Shown: positions 37,909 through 52,952 of the stretch, one piece after another | How positions within the stretch are numbered: the stretch's first letter is position 1 | How the letters are laid out: each line of letters begins with the position of its first letter | From: Candidatus Stammera capleta | GTDB lineage: Bacteria > Pseudomonadota > Gammaproteobacteria > Enterobacterales > Enterobacteriaceae | NCBI GenBank assembly: GCA_036689295.1 | Contig: CP144785.1 | Location: 24,308-88,307, forward strand | DNA length: 64,000 bases | Direction: 5' to 3' | Program-made: the position numbers and the translations under genes | The notes under the pieces: generated by a model | Seen by the model: only the letters and a program-made list of their open reading frames with translations | Databases searched by the model: none | Told to the model about the DNA's origin: nothing

Positions 37909-40008
37909 ATGAAAGATATATTATTAGTTGAAATAGGGACATACGAATTACCTATTTATATTTTAGAAAATATTAATAATAATTTATGTAATTATATTTA
38001 TTATGAATTTAATAAAAAATATTTTTATTTTTCTAATATAGATTTTTTTATAACTGTAAGAAGAATTTCTTTTTTATTATATAATATTAATTTTAATCAA
38101 AATATAAAAATTAAATATAATTTTATTTATGGTCCTGAGTTAATTATAAATAAAGAAGATATTTTAAGTAATAAAATAATATTAAATTGAGTAAAGAAAA
38201 AAAAAATTAATATAAGTTTACTAAAATATAATAGTATTAATGGTGTAAAGAAATTTTTTTTTAAAAAAAAAAAAAAAATATATAATTTAAATAATTTAAT
38301 TCATAGTATTTTAATTAATTTATTGTTTAAATTAATTAAAAATTCTAAATTAATGAGATGAGGAAAAGAAAATTATTATTTTTTTAGACCAATAATAAAT
38401 TTAGTTGTTATGTATAATAGTAATATTTTGGATGTTAATTTATTTGGAGTTAAATCTAATAATATTTTATTATGTCATAAATTTATGGTTAAAAAAAATA
38501 TCATAATAAATGATATTAAAAATTATTCTTATATTTTATTTAAATATGGGAAAATTATTGTTGATTTTAATATTAGAAAAAAAATAATATTAAAAAAAAT
38601 AAATAATATAATATTAAATAATAAATATATTTTTAATTTTAAAGATAAAAATTTAAATAAAATAATTTGAATACTTGAATGACCTGTTGTTTTATTAGGA
38701 GAATTTAATATTGTTTATTTATCTTTACCTAAAGAATTTATATATTATATAATAAAAAAACATTTTTGTTTTATTTTATATAATAAAAATAATTGTATTA
38801 TAAATAAATTTTTAATTTTTATTAATATAGAAACTTATTGTTATAATAATATTATTAAAAGTTATGAAAATATTATTAATAATAATTTAAATTATATTAA
38901 TTTTTTATTTTTAAAAGATAAAAAAAGTAAATTAATTAGTAATTTATATAAATTAAAATATGTTGTTTTTTATAAAGGATTAGGATCTTATTTAGATAAG
39001 ATAAGACGTTTATTATATATTTGTAAATATTTATTATTAAATTATTTGTTTTATTTAAATTTAGATATTATTATTTTAAATAAATCTATTTTATTAATAA
39101 AATGTGATTTAGTAACTAATTTATGTAAAAATTATCCTGATTTAAAAGGAATAATAGGTATGTATTATTATGAATTATATAATAAAAATAAGTTAATTTC
39201 TTTTATAATTAAAAATCATTATATTATTTTTAAAAATTTTAATAATAATATTAATATTTTATATAGTTCATTTATATCTTTAATAGATAAATTTGATACT
39301 TTATTAGGTATATCAATTTTAAATAAATTTATTTTTATAAAAAAAGGTAATGATCCTTTTGGATTTAAAAAATTATCTTTATGTATAATAGAAATTATTT
39401 TAAATAATAATTTTTATATAAATTTATATAATTTAATAAAATATTGTATTCTATTTTTTTATAAAAAATATTATATATATAAAAAAAATATATTAAAATT
39501 ATTTAATTTTATATTAAAACGTTTTGTAAATAAATTAATTAGTTTAAATTATTTAAAAAAAGATATTTTAATTATTATAGAAAATAATTATAATAATTTT
39601 GATTTATTAGATATAAAAAAAAGAATTGATATTTTTATATATTTTAAAAATAAAAAAATATTTAATAAATTTATATCTGTATATAAAAGATTTAATAATA
39701 TTTTAGTTAAATTTATAGATTTTTTAGATATTAAAAAATTTAATATTTTATTTTTAAATAAAAAACAAGAAATAATATTATATAAATATATATTTCTTTT
39801 AAAAAAGAAATATAAAATATATTTATATAAACATAATTATAAAAAATTATTTAATTGTTTTTTTATATCTATTAAAAAAATAGAGAATTTTTTAAATTCT
39901 TTAAAAATAAATACTAATAATTTAATATTTAAAAATAATAGATTATATTTATTGAATAATATTAAATTAATATTTAATAAATATATGGATTTTTCTTGTT
40001 TTTTTTAA
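37909..40008 (+). CDS. glyS: glycine--tRNA ligase beta subunit
   Basis: It immediately follows glyQ. ORFs 37909, 38410 and 39046 are co-frame. The start is LLVEIGTYELP and there is a MRWG motif via TGA. At 699 aa it is the expected size, but the sequence is highly diverged. Confidence 0.85.
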
Positions 40009-41101
40009 TTTTATACGGAATATTTTTAGTTATTATACCTCCTCCTAAACATAGGTTTTTTTTATAAAATACAGCTGATTGACCATATGTTACTGCAAAT
40101 ATTGGTTTTTTGAATATTACTATTATTTTTTTTTTGAAATATATTTTACATTTTACATCTTTTTGACGATATCTTGTTTTTATTTTACAAAATATTTTTT
40201 TTTTATTTTTAATTTTATATATGAAATGTATTTTTTTTATATATAAACCTATAGAATATAAATTTTTATTATTTATTCCTTTAACTACTATTAATTCATT
40301 TTTTTTTATATTTTTTTTAGCAACATAATATGGTGTATGTTGTCCAATATTTATATTTAATTTTTTTCTTTGACCTATTGTATAAAAAGGTAATCCTTTA
40401 TGTATTCCTATTATTTTTTTTTTTAATGTTATTATTTTTCCTGGTTTAAATTTTATATATTTTTTTATAAAATTAAAAAAATTTTTTTTACCTATAAAAC
40501 ATATACCAGTTGAATCTTTTTTTTTTGAATTTATTAAATTTAAATTTTTTGCTATTATTCTTACATTTTTTTTGTAATAATTTCCTAAAGGAAAAATACA
40601 TTTTTTTATTTGATTTTGTTTTAATGTATATAAAAAATAACTTTGATCTTTATTTTTATCTAAAGATTTTAATATTATGTAATTTTTTTTTCAATATTTT
40701 TTTTTTACATAATGTCCTGTTGATATATAATCTCCTTTTAATATATTTAAAGCAAAATTTAAAAATATATCAAATTTTATTTTTTTATTACATAAAATAT
40801 CTGGATTTATATGTTTTGATTTTTTTTGATTTTTAATAAATATTTTAAATACTTTATTTCAATATTCATATGATAAATTTATATAATATAATTTTATATT
40901 AAATTTTTTACATATTTTTTTTGAATCTTTATAGTCTTTTTTTATATTACAATTTTTTTTATTGTTTTCTCAACATTGAATAAATACACATTTTACTTTA
41001 TATCCTAATTTTTTTAATATTCATAAACTTACAGACGAATCTATTCCTCCTGATAATGCTAATATAATTTTATATATTTTTTTAATTTTATTTTTATTCA
41101 T
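39974..41101 (-). CDS. mnmA: tRNA-specific 2-thiouridylase
   Basis: The reverse complement gives the PP-loop [20 protein letters not shown] and a C-terminus GQSAVFY...CLGGGII. I partly checked the frame by hand. TAA is at 39974, so the gene overlaps the glyS 3' end by 35 nt. Confidence 0.88.
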
Positions 41102-42299
41102 TTTTTAATATGTTTATTATTTTTTTTATTTTGTAAATTATATAATTTATTTTAATTATAATATAATCAATTATTATTTTAATAATATTTCCTAAATTTA
41201 TTTTTTTTAGTGATATTAAAAATATTTTTTTATTTAATTTTTTATTATTTTCTTTAATTAATATTTTTCCTAATATTTTATTTTTATTTATAGGTGCTTC
41301 TATTTTTTTAAAATATTTTGTTATTATTTTTTTGTTATTTTTTTTTTTAATACTATATGTAATATATAAATCTTTATTTATTCCTATTGGAACAAAATTA
41401 TTTTTACCAAAATATATTTTTTTATATTTTATTATTTTGTTTTTATCTATTAATTTTTTTGTTTCAAAATTTTTAAATCCTCAATTTAATAATTGTTTTG
41501 TATAGTTATCTCTGTCTTCTATAGATTTTGCACCTAATATAACTGTTATTAATCTAGTATTATTTTTTTTTGCTGAACTTACTAAATTATATCCAGATTT
41601 ATCTGTATGTCCTGTTTTTATACCATCTACATTTAATTTTTTATATCATAATAAATTATTTCTATTTTTTTGATTTATTTTATTAAATATAAATTCTTTT
41701 TTTTTATATATTTTATATGTATTTGGAAATTTTTTAATTAAATTTATACTTAATTTAGCTATATCTAAAGATGTACTATAATGGTTATTATTATCTAATC
41801 CATGTGAATTTGTAAAATTTGTATTTTTTAAATTCATTTTTTTAGAATATTTATTCATTAATTTAACAAATTTTTTTTCATTTCCAGCTATATATTCTGA
41901 TATAGCAACACAAGCATCATTTCCTGATTGTATTATTATTCCTTTATTTAGATCTGATATTTTAACTTTTTGATCTTTAATTAAAAACATTAATGATGAG
42001 TTTTTAAAAATAGGATTTTTATATCATGAATTATATCCTATTGTTACTATATCTTTTAATTTTATTTTATTATTTTTAATATAATCAGATATTATATAAC
42101 TTGTCATAATTTTAGTTAAACTTGCAGGTGGTAATTTTAAATTTATATTTTTTTTAGCTAATATTTTTTCTGAATAATAGTCTATTAAAATATATGATTT
42201 TACATTTTTTATATTTTTAAATTTTATATTATTTGCAAATATTTTGTTATTAATTATTAATATTATTAATAATATTAATATTTTTTTATATATTTTCAT
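41094..42299 (-). CDS. dacA: D-alanyl-D-alanine carboxypeptidase (PBP5/6 class), with signal peptide
   Basis: ASLTK (SxxK), SGND (SxN) and KTGHT (KTG). The N-terminus is hydrophobic. I scanned the frame by hand from 41646 down to TAA at 41094. Its position after mrdA-rodA matches E. coli. Confidence 0.87.
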
Positions 42300-42304
42300 T
42301 TTTT

Positions 42305-43402
42305 TTAGTAAATATTTTTATTTTGTAATGACATTATTATTCCAAACATACACATTGTGCTTAATAATGATGTACCTCCATAACTCATTAAAGGTAATGG
42401 AATACCTACTACTGGTAATATACCTATTACCATTCCTATATTTATTAATATATGTATAAAAAAGTTTATTATTAAATTTGAAATTAATATTTTATTAAAG
42501 AAAAAATTATTATTTATAGATATTAATAAACTTCTAATAATAAGTATTAAATATATTAATAATATTAAACATATTCCTACAAATCCATGTTCTTCAGCTA
42601 TTAATGTGAATATAAAATCAGTTTTATTTTCTGGTATAAAATGAAATTTAGATTGTGTTCCTAAAAAAGTACCTTTTCCATATAAACCTCCTGATCCTAT
42701 AGCTATTTTTGATTGATATGTATGATATCCATTTTTTTTTAAATCATTATTATTTTTATTACTAAATATAGTTATTATTCTTTGTTTTTGATAATTATGT
42801 AACATATATTTCCATATTAATGGAGATATAACTATACCTAATATAGTAAGCATAATTATTATTTTATTATTTAATCCATTTAAATATAGAGGTATTGCTA
42901 AATATAAAATAATTAATATTGATGTTCCTAAATCTGGTTGTATATATATTAATGTAATTGGAATTAATGTTATACTTGTTAGATATATTAAATTTAATAA
43001 ATTATTTATTTTATAATTATTATCACTTAATATTTTATTAATTATTATAGGAATTGATATTTTAATTATTTCTGATGGTTGAAATTTAAAAAAATATAAA
43101 TTTATTCATCTTTGAGCTCCTTTAATAATATTTCCGTTTATAAAAACAAAAAGTAATAAAATATTACATATTATATAAAATAAATATGCATTATTTTTAT
43201 AATATTGTTTATTTAAATTTATTGTTATATATATCATTAATATATAACTTATTATTATATGTATTAATCTTTTAGATATTATTAAAATATCTTTATTACT
43301 AGCACTGTATAAAATTAATAAATTATATGTTAATAATAAAGTTATACATGAAATTATAGTAAAATCTATATTTTTAGTTATATTTTTAATTTTATTTATC
43401 AT
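42305..43402 (-). CDS. mrdB: SEDS-family peptidoglycan polymerase RodA
   Basis: ORFs 42305-42853 and 43106-43402 are co-frame. The protein is multi-pass hydrophobic with QPSE, PDLGT, KIAIGSGGLYGKG and LPLMSYGGTS motifs. Confidence 0.88.
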
Positions 43403-45068
43403 AATTATTGTTTTTAATAAAATCTGTTATTTTTCTCATTATTTCACCAATTCTTGGTCCGTTTCCTCCATGTTCTAATATAATTGTTATTGCAATTTTT
43501 GGTTTTTTATATGGCATAAATACATTCATTAATATATGATCTTTTAAATTTATATTTTTGTTTTTTATATTAATTTTATTATTACCAATTGAATATACTT
43601 GAGCAGTACCTGATTTTGCTGCTAATTTATATTTAGTTCCTATAAAATTTCAATAAGCTGTTCCATTTTTTTTATGTGCTACCCCGTACATACCTTTTTT
43701 AATTATTTTTCAATGTTTTTTATCTACATTTTTTACATATATTTTTTTTTTATATTTATTATTTAATAATAAATGTGGTTTTATAGCATATCCATTATTA
43801 GCAAGTATTATTAAAGCTTTATGTATTTGTATAGGAGTAAAAGATAAATATCCTTGTCCTATACCTATAGATATAGTATCTCCTAGATATCATTTATTAC
43901 CTAATGTATTTATTTTTCATTTTTTATCAGGAAGAAATGATTTTTTTTCGTTAGGTAAATCTATACCAGTTTTATTACCAAATCCAAATTTTTTTATTCA
44001 TTTAATTATTTTATTAATTCCTAAATAATATGATACTTGATAATAAAATGTATCTGAAGATTCTTCTATTGATTTTATTAAATTTACTATTCCATGTCCT
44101 TGTTTTTTTCAATCATAAAATATTTTATTTGATGAAGGTAATTTTCATCATCCAGGATCAAATATTTTAAAATTTTTTTTAATAGCTTTTTCTTCTAGAG
44201 CTGCTATTGCAATATATGGTTTAATTGTTGATGCTGGAGGATAAGTACCTTGTGTTATTTTATTTACTAAAGGATTATTTTTATTATTTATAATTTTATC
44301 ATATTCTTTTTTATATATTTTTCTAGTAAATATATTTGGATTATAACTTGGTACAGAAATTAATGATAATATTTCTCCATTTTTGATATTACTTATTATT
44401 ATTGCAGCATTATTATTTTTAACTAGATTATATACAAAATTTTGTAATTTTAAATCTATTGATAATTTTATATTTTTCCCTATTTTTGATTTTTTAATTT
44501 TAATAGAATTTGTTATTTTTCCTTTATTATTTATGTAATTTTTTTTATATCCTTTTTTTCCTTTTAAAATATTATTATAATATTTTTCTATTCCTGTTTT
44601 TTCAGAATTTTCTTTTTCTCTATAATCTTTTTTAACATAACCTGTTATATGAGCTAAAATATCTTTATATGGATAATATCTATATACTTTTTTTTTAAAT
44701 TTAGGATTAATTAATAATGCTTTATATACATTGTATTTTACAAAATTATTAAAATATATTTTATTTTTATTTTTATATATTTTTTTTTTTAATATATTAT
44801 TATTTTTAATATTTTTTATAACGTAATATTTTTTATTTATTGCTATAGGAATATTATTTCTATCGAAAATATTTCCTCTATATGGTATAATTGGTACAAT
44901 TCTAATATAGTTTTTTTTTGATAAAAAATAATATTTTTTAAAGTTATTTATTTGTAAATTATATATATAAAATAATAAATATATTAATATAAATCCTAAA
45001 AAAATAATTAAAATTTTTATTCTTTCTGTAAAAATTTGTTCTTTTTCTTTTTGATGTATGAATTTCAT
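43392..45068 (-). CDS. mrdA: penicillin-binding protein 2 (elongasome transpeptidase)
   Basis: It has an N-terminal transmembrane segment, PPASTIKP (SxxK), SSD and KSGTA (KTG-type). It continues below ORF 44148 through TGA codons to TAA at 43392, overlapping the rodA start by 11 nt. Confidence 0.87.
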
Positions 45069-45216
45069 TTTTATTTATTATTTTAAATTTAAATTAATTA
45101 AATATTTATTATTAATTATAATAAATAAATTATTTAAATTATAGTTAATTATTATTTATAATATAATAAATAATATTTATTATTAATTTATTTTTTTTTT
45201 TTTTGGAAATTTTTTT

Positions 45217-46884
45217 ATGTTTAAAAATCCTATTAAGACAAAAAGTTGAAGTAATTTATTATTACATTTTAATGATATTAAAAATATTAAAATAATTGAT
45301 TTATTTAAAAGAGATAAAAATAGATTTAATAATTTTTCTATTAATTTTAAAGATATTGTATTATTTGATTATTCTAAAAATAGAATTAATATGGATACTA
45401 TAAATTTATTTATTGAATTATTAAATGAAATAAATTTTAAGGATTATGTTAAATCTGTATTATTCGGTGAAAAAGTAAATTTTACTGAAAAAAAACCTGT
45501 TTTAAATTTTTTACTTAGAGATTTAGATAATTATTTTATTAAATATAATTCTTCTTTTTTAGATATTAAAAAAGATATTAATGCTAATTTAAATAAAATA
45601 GAAATTTTTACTAATAAAATAACTAATTATGAATGGTTAGGATTTAATGGTAAGAAAATTAAAAATATTGTTAATATTGGTATAGGAGGATCAGATTTTG
45701 GTCCGCGTATGTTTATAAATGCATTAAAGGATTATAGAATTAATAGTTATCAAAAATTTTATTTTATATCTAATATTGATACTTCTGAAATATTTAATAT
45801 TTTAAATGAAATATCTCCTGAAGAAACTATTTTTATAATTTGTTCAAAAAGTTTTACTACATTAGAAACTTTATTTAATGCTAATATTGCAAAAAATTGA
45901 ATTTTAAAATTTTTTAATGATAAGAGGTCTTTAAATAACCATTTTATACTAGTTTCTAGTAATTTTAATGAAGCAATAAAATTTGGTGTTAATTTAAATA
46001 ATATTTTTATAGTTGATGATTGAGTTGGTGGTCGTTATTCATATTGTTCTCCATTTGGTTTATCAATTTCTATAGCTATAGGTTTTAAAAATTTTAAAAA
46101 TATATTATTAGGAGCTCATGATATAGATATTCATTTTTTTGAATCTGATTATAAAATAAATATACCTATATTATTAGCAATTATTAGTATTTGATATAAT
46201 AATTTTTTTAATTTTTCTACTGAAGCTATTTTAACTTATAGTAATAAATTATCTTATTTATATTTATATTTACAACAATTAATTATGGAATCAAATGGTA
46301 AATATGTAGATTATAATGATAATTATATAAATAAATATTTTACATCTCCTATTATTTGGGGAGGATTAGGTACTATATCTCAACATTCATTTTATCAATT
46401 ATTACATCAAGGTACTTATATAGTTCCTTGTGATTTTATAGGAGAGATATGTAGTAATAATAATATTAATAATTCACATTTTATATTAATATCTAATCTT
46501 ATATCTCAAACTCAATCTTTGGCTTTTGGAGATAAAATTTTTAAAAATAGTATATTCGAAAAGAAAGTTAATTTATCTAAATTTATAAAATTTAAAGGAA
46601 ATAGACCTAGTAATACTTTTTTATTAAAAAATATTAGTCCATATAGTTTAGGTCTTCTTATAACTTTATATGAATATAAAGTTTTTACTCAAGGTGTTAT
46701 ATGAAATATTTCTAGTTTTGATCAGTGAGGTGTTGAGTTAGGAAAAAAATTATCAGAATTTATAAATCCTTATTTAGGTTGTAAAGATAATATAAAAAAA
46801 AGCAATTTTAGAAAAAAAATATATTTAGATAATTCTACATTAAATTTAATAAATTTTTTTAATAAAATTTATTTTAAAAAATAA
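45217..46884 (+). CDS. pgi: glucose-6-phosphate isomerase
   Basis: DYSKNRIN, GIGGSDFGPRM, DWVGGRYS (TGA), ESNGK, GTISQHSFYQLLHQGT and FDQWGVELGK (TGA). Three ORF pieces are co-frame. Confidence 0.92.
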
Positions 46885-46908
46885 TTATTTATATTAAATA
46901 AAAATATT

Positions 46909-47169
46909 ATGTCAAATATAAAATCTTCAAAAAAAAGAATTTTGTTAAACAAGTATAGAAAATTTATAAATAATAGTAATAAATCTATGTTAAAAACATA
47001 TATTAATAAATTAAAATTATTAATAAAAAAAAAAAATAAAAAATCATCATTATTAATTTATTATAAAGTTCAATCTATATTAGATAAATTATCTGTTAAA
47101 AAAATAATACATTTTAATAAATCTTCCAGATATAAATCTAAATTATTAAAATTAATAAATAATATATAA
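46909..47169 (+). CDS. rpsT: 30S ribosomal protein S20
   Basis: MSNIKSSKKRIL...SMLKTYIKK pattern of S20. Confidence 0.9.
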   Translation: MSNIKSSKKRILLNKYRKFINNSNKSMLKTYINKLKLLIKKKNKKSSLLIYYKVQSILDKLSVKKIIHFNKSSRYKSKLLKLINNI

Positions 47170-47182
47170 AATAATAGTATAT

Positions 47183-47956
47183 TTAATTTTTATTATTTTG
47201 TTTTTTATTAATAATAAAATTAAATATTTTTTTATATTCTTCTAAATTTAATTGGTTTATTCTTTTATTTGGATTTATTTTAATTTTTTTAAATTCATTT
47301 ATATTTATAAATTTTTTTAAATTATTATATATTTTTTTTTTTTTTTTAAAAAATATATTATTTAATATATGTATTATATATTTAATATTTTTAATATAAT
47401 TATTATTTTTTTTTTTAGTTAATTTTATTAAAATTGATTTTATTTTAGGTTTAGGAATAAAATTTTTATTATTTATTTCTATTATTTTTTTTATTTTAAA
47501 TATTAAATTTACTATTATAGTTGTTTTTGATATATTTTTTTTTTTAATTAATAAATTATTAGCAAATTCTTTTTGTACTAATATATTTATATCTTTTATA
47601 AAATTATAATTATTTATTAATTTATATATTATTTTATGTGTTATATAATAAGGTATATTTCCAAATATTCTTATATTTTTTTTTTTAAGTTTTGAAAAAT
47701 TAATTTTTAAAAAGTTTATTTTTAATATTTTAATATTTTTTATTTTTTTTTTTGTTTTTTTTATTAAATAATCATCTATTTCAGTTGTTATTATATTTTT
47801 TGTATATTTTAATATTTCTTTAGTTAACTCTCCATTACCACATCCTATTTCTAATAAAAAATTTTTTTTTTTTGGATTAATAAATTTTACAATTTTCATT
47901 ATAATATTTTTATTTTTTATAAAATTTTGTCCTATATCTTTATATGTATTTATCAT
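47183..47956 (-). CDS. rsmA: 16S rRNA (adenine1518/1519-N6)-dimethyltransferase
   Basis: GQNFI.N, the SAM motif LEIGCGNGELT, and GNIPYYIT. Confidence 0.88.
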   Translation of the reverse strand: MINTYKDIGQNFIKNKNIIMKIVKFINPKKKNFLLEIGCGNGELTKEILKYTKNIITTEIDDYLIKKTKKKIKNIKILKINFLKINFSKLKKKNIRIFGNIPYYITHKIIYKLINNYNFIKDINILVQKEFANNLLIKKKNISKTTIIVNLIFKIKKIIEINNKNFIPKPKIKSILIKLTKKKNNNYIKNIKYIIHILNNIFFKKKKKIYNNLKKFININEFKKIKINPNKRINQLNLEEYKKIFNFIINKKQNNKN

Positions 47957-47997
47957 TTTATTTTATTATTATGTATAATAAATTTTATTTGATTATT

Positions 47998-50796
47998 TTA
48001 AATAAATTTTCTTTTTTCACCTTTACCAATTATATTTTTTATACATCTTTTACATATATTTTTTTTAATATTTTTAATTTTTTCTATATAATTTCAACAT
48101 CTGTTACATTTTATTCCTTTAATTTTTTTACATTTTATAATAAAAAAGTTTTTATTTTTTTTTTTAATTTTTTTTAATTTAGTTTTTGAGACTATAAAAA
48201 AAAATTTTAATTCTGATTTCATTTTATATATAATTTTAAATATTTTTTTTTCTAAATATAGAGTTATTTTTAATTCTAATGATGATTTTATTATTTTTTT
48301 TTTTTTTATTTTTTCTATTTTTTTATTTAGATGATTTTTTATTTTTATTAATTTGTTTCAAATTTTTGTGTTAATTTTATTATTTTTATGTAAATAAAAT
48401 AATTTATTAAATCATGTTTCTTCATATATATATTTAGTTTTTTTTCTTGGTATATATTTTCATATTTCTTCTGTTGTAAATGATAATATTGGTGATATTC
48501 ATTTTACTATTGATTCTAAAATCATTCACATTGTTGTTTGAGCGCTATAATATGGTATAGTATTTTTTTTAATTATATATTTTCTATCTTTTATTATATC
48601 TAAATATATTGAACTTAAATATTTACTACAAAAATTTATTATTATTTTTATTACTTTATAAAATTTAAATTCATTATAAAATTTTATTATTTTATTTTGT
48701 GTTTTTTTTGTTTTATGTATTATTCATTTATCTATTAGAATCATATATTTTTTTTTAATAAAATTTTTTTCAGGATCAAATTCATCTAAATTAGATATTA
48801 AAAATTTTATTGTATTTCTTATTTTTCTATATGATTCTGTAATTCTTAATATTATTTCATTTGATATTTTAATTTCATTAAAATATTTTACTGAAGATAC
48901 TCATAATCTTAATATATCGCAACCAAATTTATTTATTATCTCATTAGGTTTTATATTATTTTTTAGTGATTTAGACATTTTTTCTCCTTTTTCATCTACT
49001 ATAAATCCATGTGATATTACTGTTTTATATGGAGGTTCATTTTTAATAGCAGTATGTATTATAAGAGATGACATAAATCAACCTCTAAATTGATCTGATC
49101 CTTCAATATATAAATCTATATTTTTTTTTTTTTTAAATTTTTTATTCATTATTGTAAAACAAGTAGATCCTGAATCGAATCATACATCTAATACGTCTGA
49201 TACTTTTTCATATTTAGTGTGTTTTTTTCCTAAAAATTTTTTTTTATCTAAATTTATTCAATAATTTGGTCCTTTTTTTTCTATTTTTGATGATATTTTT
49301 TTTATTAAATATATTGTTTTTGGGTGTATTTTTTTTGTTTTTTTGTTTAAAAAAATAGGTATTGGTGTTCCTCAGATTCTTTGTCTAGATATACATCAAT
49401 TAGGTCTGTTTATTATCATTTTTTTTATTTTTTTATATCCTCATTTTGGAATTCATTTTACTTTTTTAATAGAAATTAATAATTTTTTTTTAAAATTATT
49501 TTTATTTAGATTAATGAATCATTGATATGTAGATTTTATTATTATAGGTTCTTTATGTCTTCAACAATATGGATATTTATGTTTTATATATTCTTTTAAT
49601 ATTAATTTGTTATTTTTTATTAATTTTTTTATTATTAATTTTTCTGCTTTTTTTATTGTTGTTTTATATATATTTTTTATATATTTATAATTTATATAAA
49701 GTCCATCATTATCAATAACATTAATTCCTTTTATGTTATTTTTTTTTGATAATATTTTATCTTCTTCTCCATGTTCTGATGCTATATGTACTATTCCTGT
49801 TCCTGTATTTTTTTCTATATTTTTATCTAATATTATAGGTATTTTATTTTTTGATATTGGATGATAAACAAATAATTTATTTAATATTATTCCTTTTATT
49901 TTTGTTATTTTTTTTATTTTTTTTTTTAATTTTTCAGTAAATATTTTAATTCTATTTTTTAATATTATAAATATTTTTTTATTATTTAATATTAAATAAT
50001 ATGTATATTTTGGATTTACTGATATAGCACAATTTCCAGGAATTGTTCATGTTGTAGTAGTTCATATTATTAGTTCTATATCATATTTATGATATTTTTT
50101 TTTGATTTTAATTTTTTTAAATATTTTTTTTTTATTTTTTAATTTAAATAATATATATGTTGATATTGTTTTTTTATATTTATATTCTATTTCTGCTTCT
50201 GATAATGATGATTTACATATTAAACATCAATTTATTGGTTTTTTTTTTCTTTCTATTAAATTTAATTTTATTATTTTTCCTAATGTTCTTATTGTGTTTG
50301 CTATTGTTTTAAAGTTATTTGTGTTATAAATATTATTTCAATTACATAATATTCCTAATTTTTTAAAATCATTTTTTTGTTTATTTATTTGTTTATTTAC
50401 ATATTTTAAACATTTTTTATTGAAATTTATTTTATTTATTTTATTTATATTTTTAAATATTTTATATTTTTTAATTATTTCTAATTCTATAGGTAATCCA
50501 TGACAATCTCATCCAGGTTTATAAGGGGTATAAAAATTCATAAAATTTTTATATTTTATTATTATATCTTTTAATATTTTGTTTAAAGCATGTCCTATGT
50601 GAATATTTCCGTTTGCATATGGTGGACCATCATGAATAATATATTTTTTTTTATTTTTTTTTTTTATTATTATATTATATATTTTATTTTTCTCTCATTT
50701 TTTAATTATTTTAGGTTCATTTATATTTAAATTAGCTTTCATAGGAAAGTTAATTTTTGGTAAATTAATTGTTTTTTTATAGTTTATATTTTTCAT
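47998..50796 (-). CDS. ileS: isoleucine--tRNA ligase
   Basis: The reverse complement starts [23 protein letters not shown], followed by [19 protein letters not shown] (the HIGH motif) and [10 protein letters not shown]. The C-terminus has a CNRCW...CKRC zinc motif. Length is 932 aa. I hand-checked the 3' end but not the whole frame. Confidence 0.88.
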
Positions 50797-50929
50797 TTTT
50801 TTTTAGAATTAGATCATATATTGAAAGTTTTATATAGAAAATAAAATAATTATTATATAATTATAATTGAAATATTATATATATATATATGTATATTAAA
50901 ATATATTTATTTATTTTTAAAAAATAAAG

Positions 50930-50958
50930 TTGATATTTTAAAGTATGTACTTATATTT
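50930..50958 (+). promoter_or_regulatory. candidate dnaK promoter (TTGATA-N17-ATATTT)
   Basis: The hexamers lie about 55 nt upstream of a strong SD (aaaggag at 50997-51003) and the dnaK ATG. The AT-rich context makes this weak. Confidence 0.2.
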
Positions 50959-50970
50959 TTTTATATATAA

Positions 50971-52914
<1,944 letters not shown>

Positions 52915-52952
52915 TTAATTTATATTAAATATTTAAGCTATAGGTTTATATA

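Noticed and set aside
45101-45188. A 17-nt exact direct repeat, aatatttattattaatt, at 45101-45117 and 45172-45188 in the mrdA/pgi divergent spacer. It could be an operator or a mobile-element scar.
   Set aside because: It consists only of A and T in a spacer that is almost entirely A/T. A chance match of that length is plausible, and no inverted repeats or target-site features accompany it.
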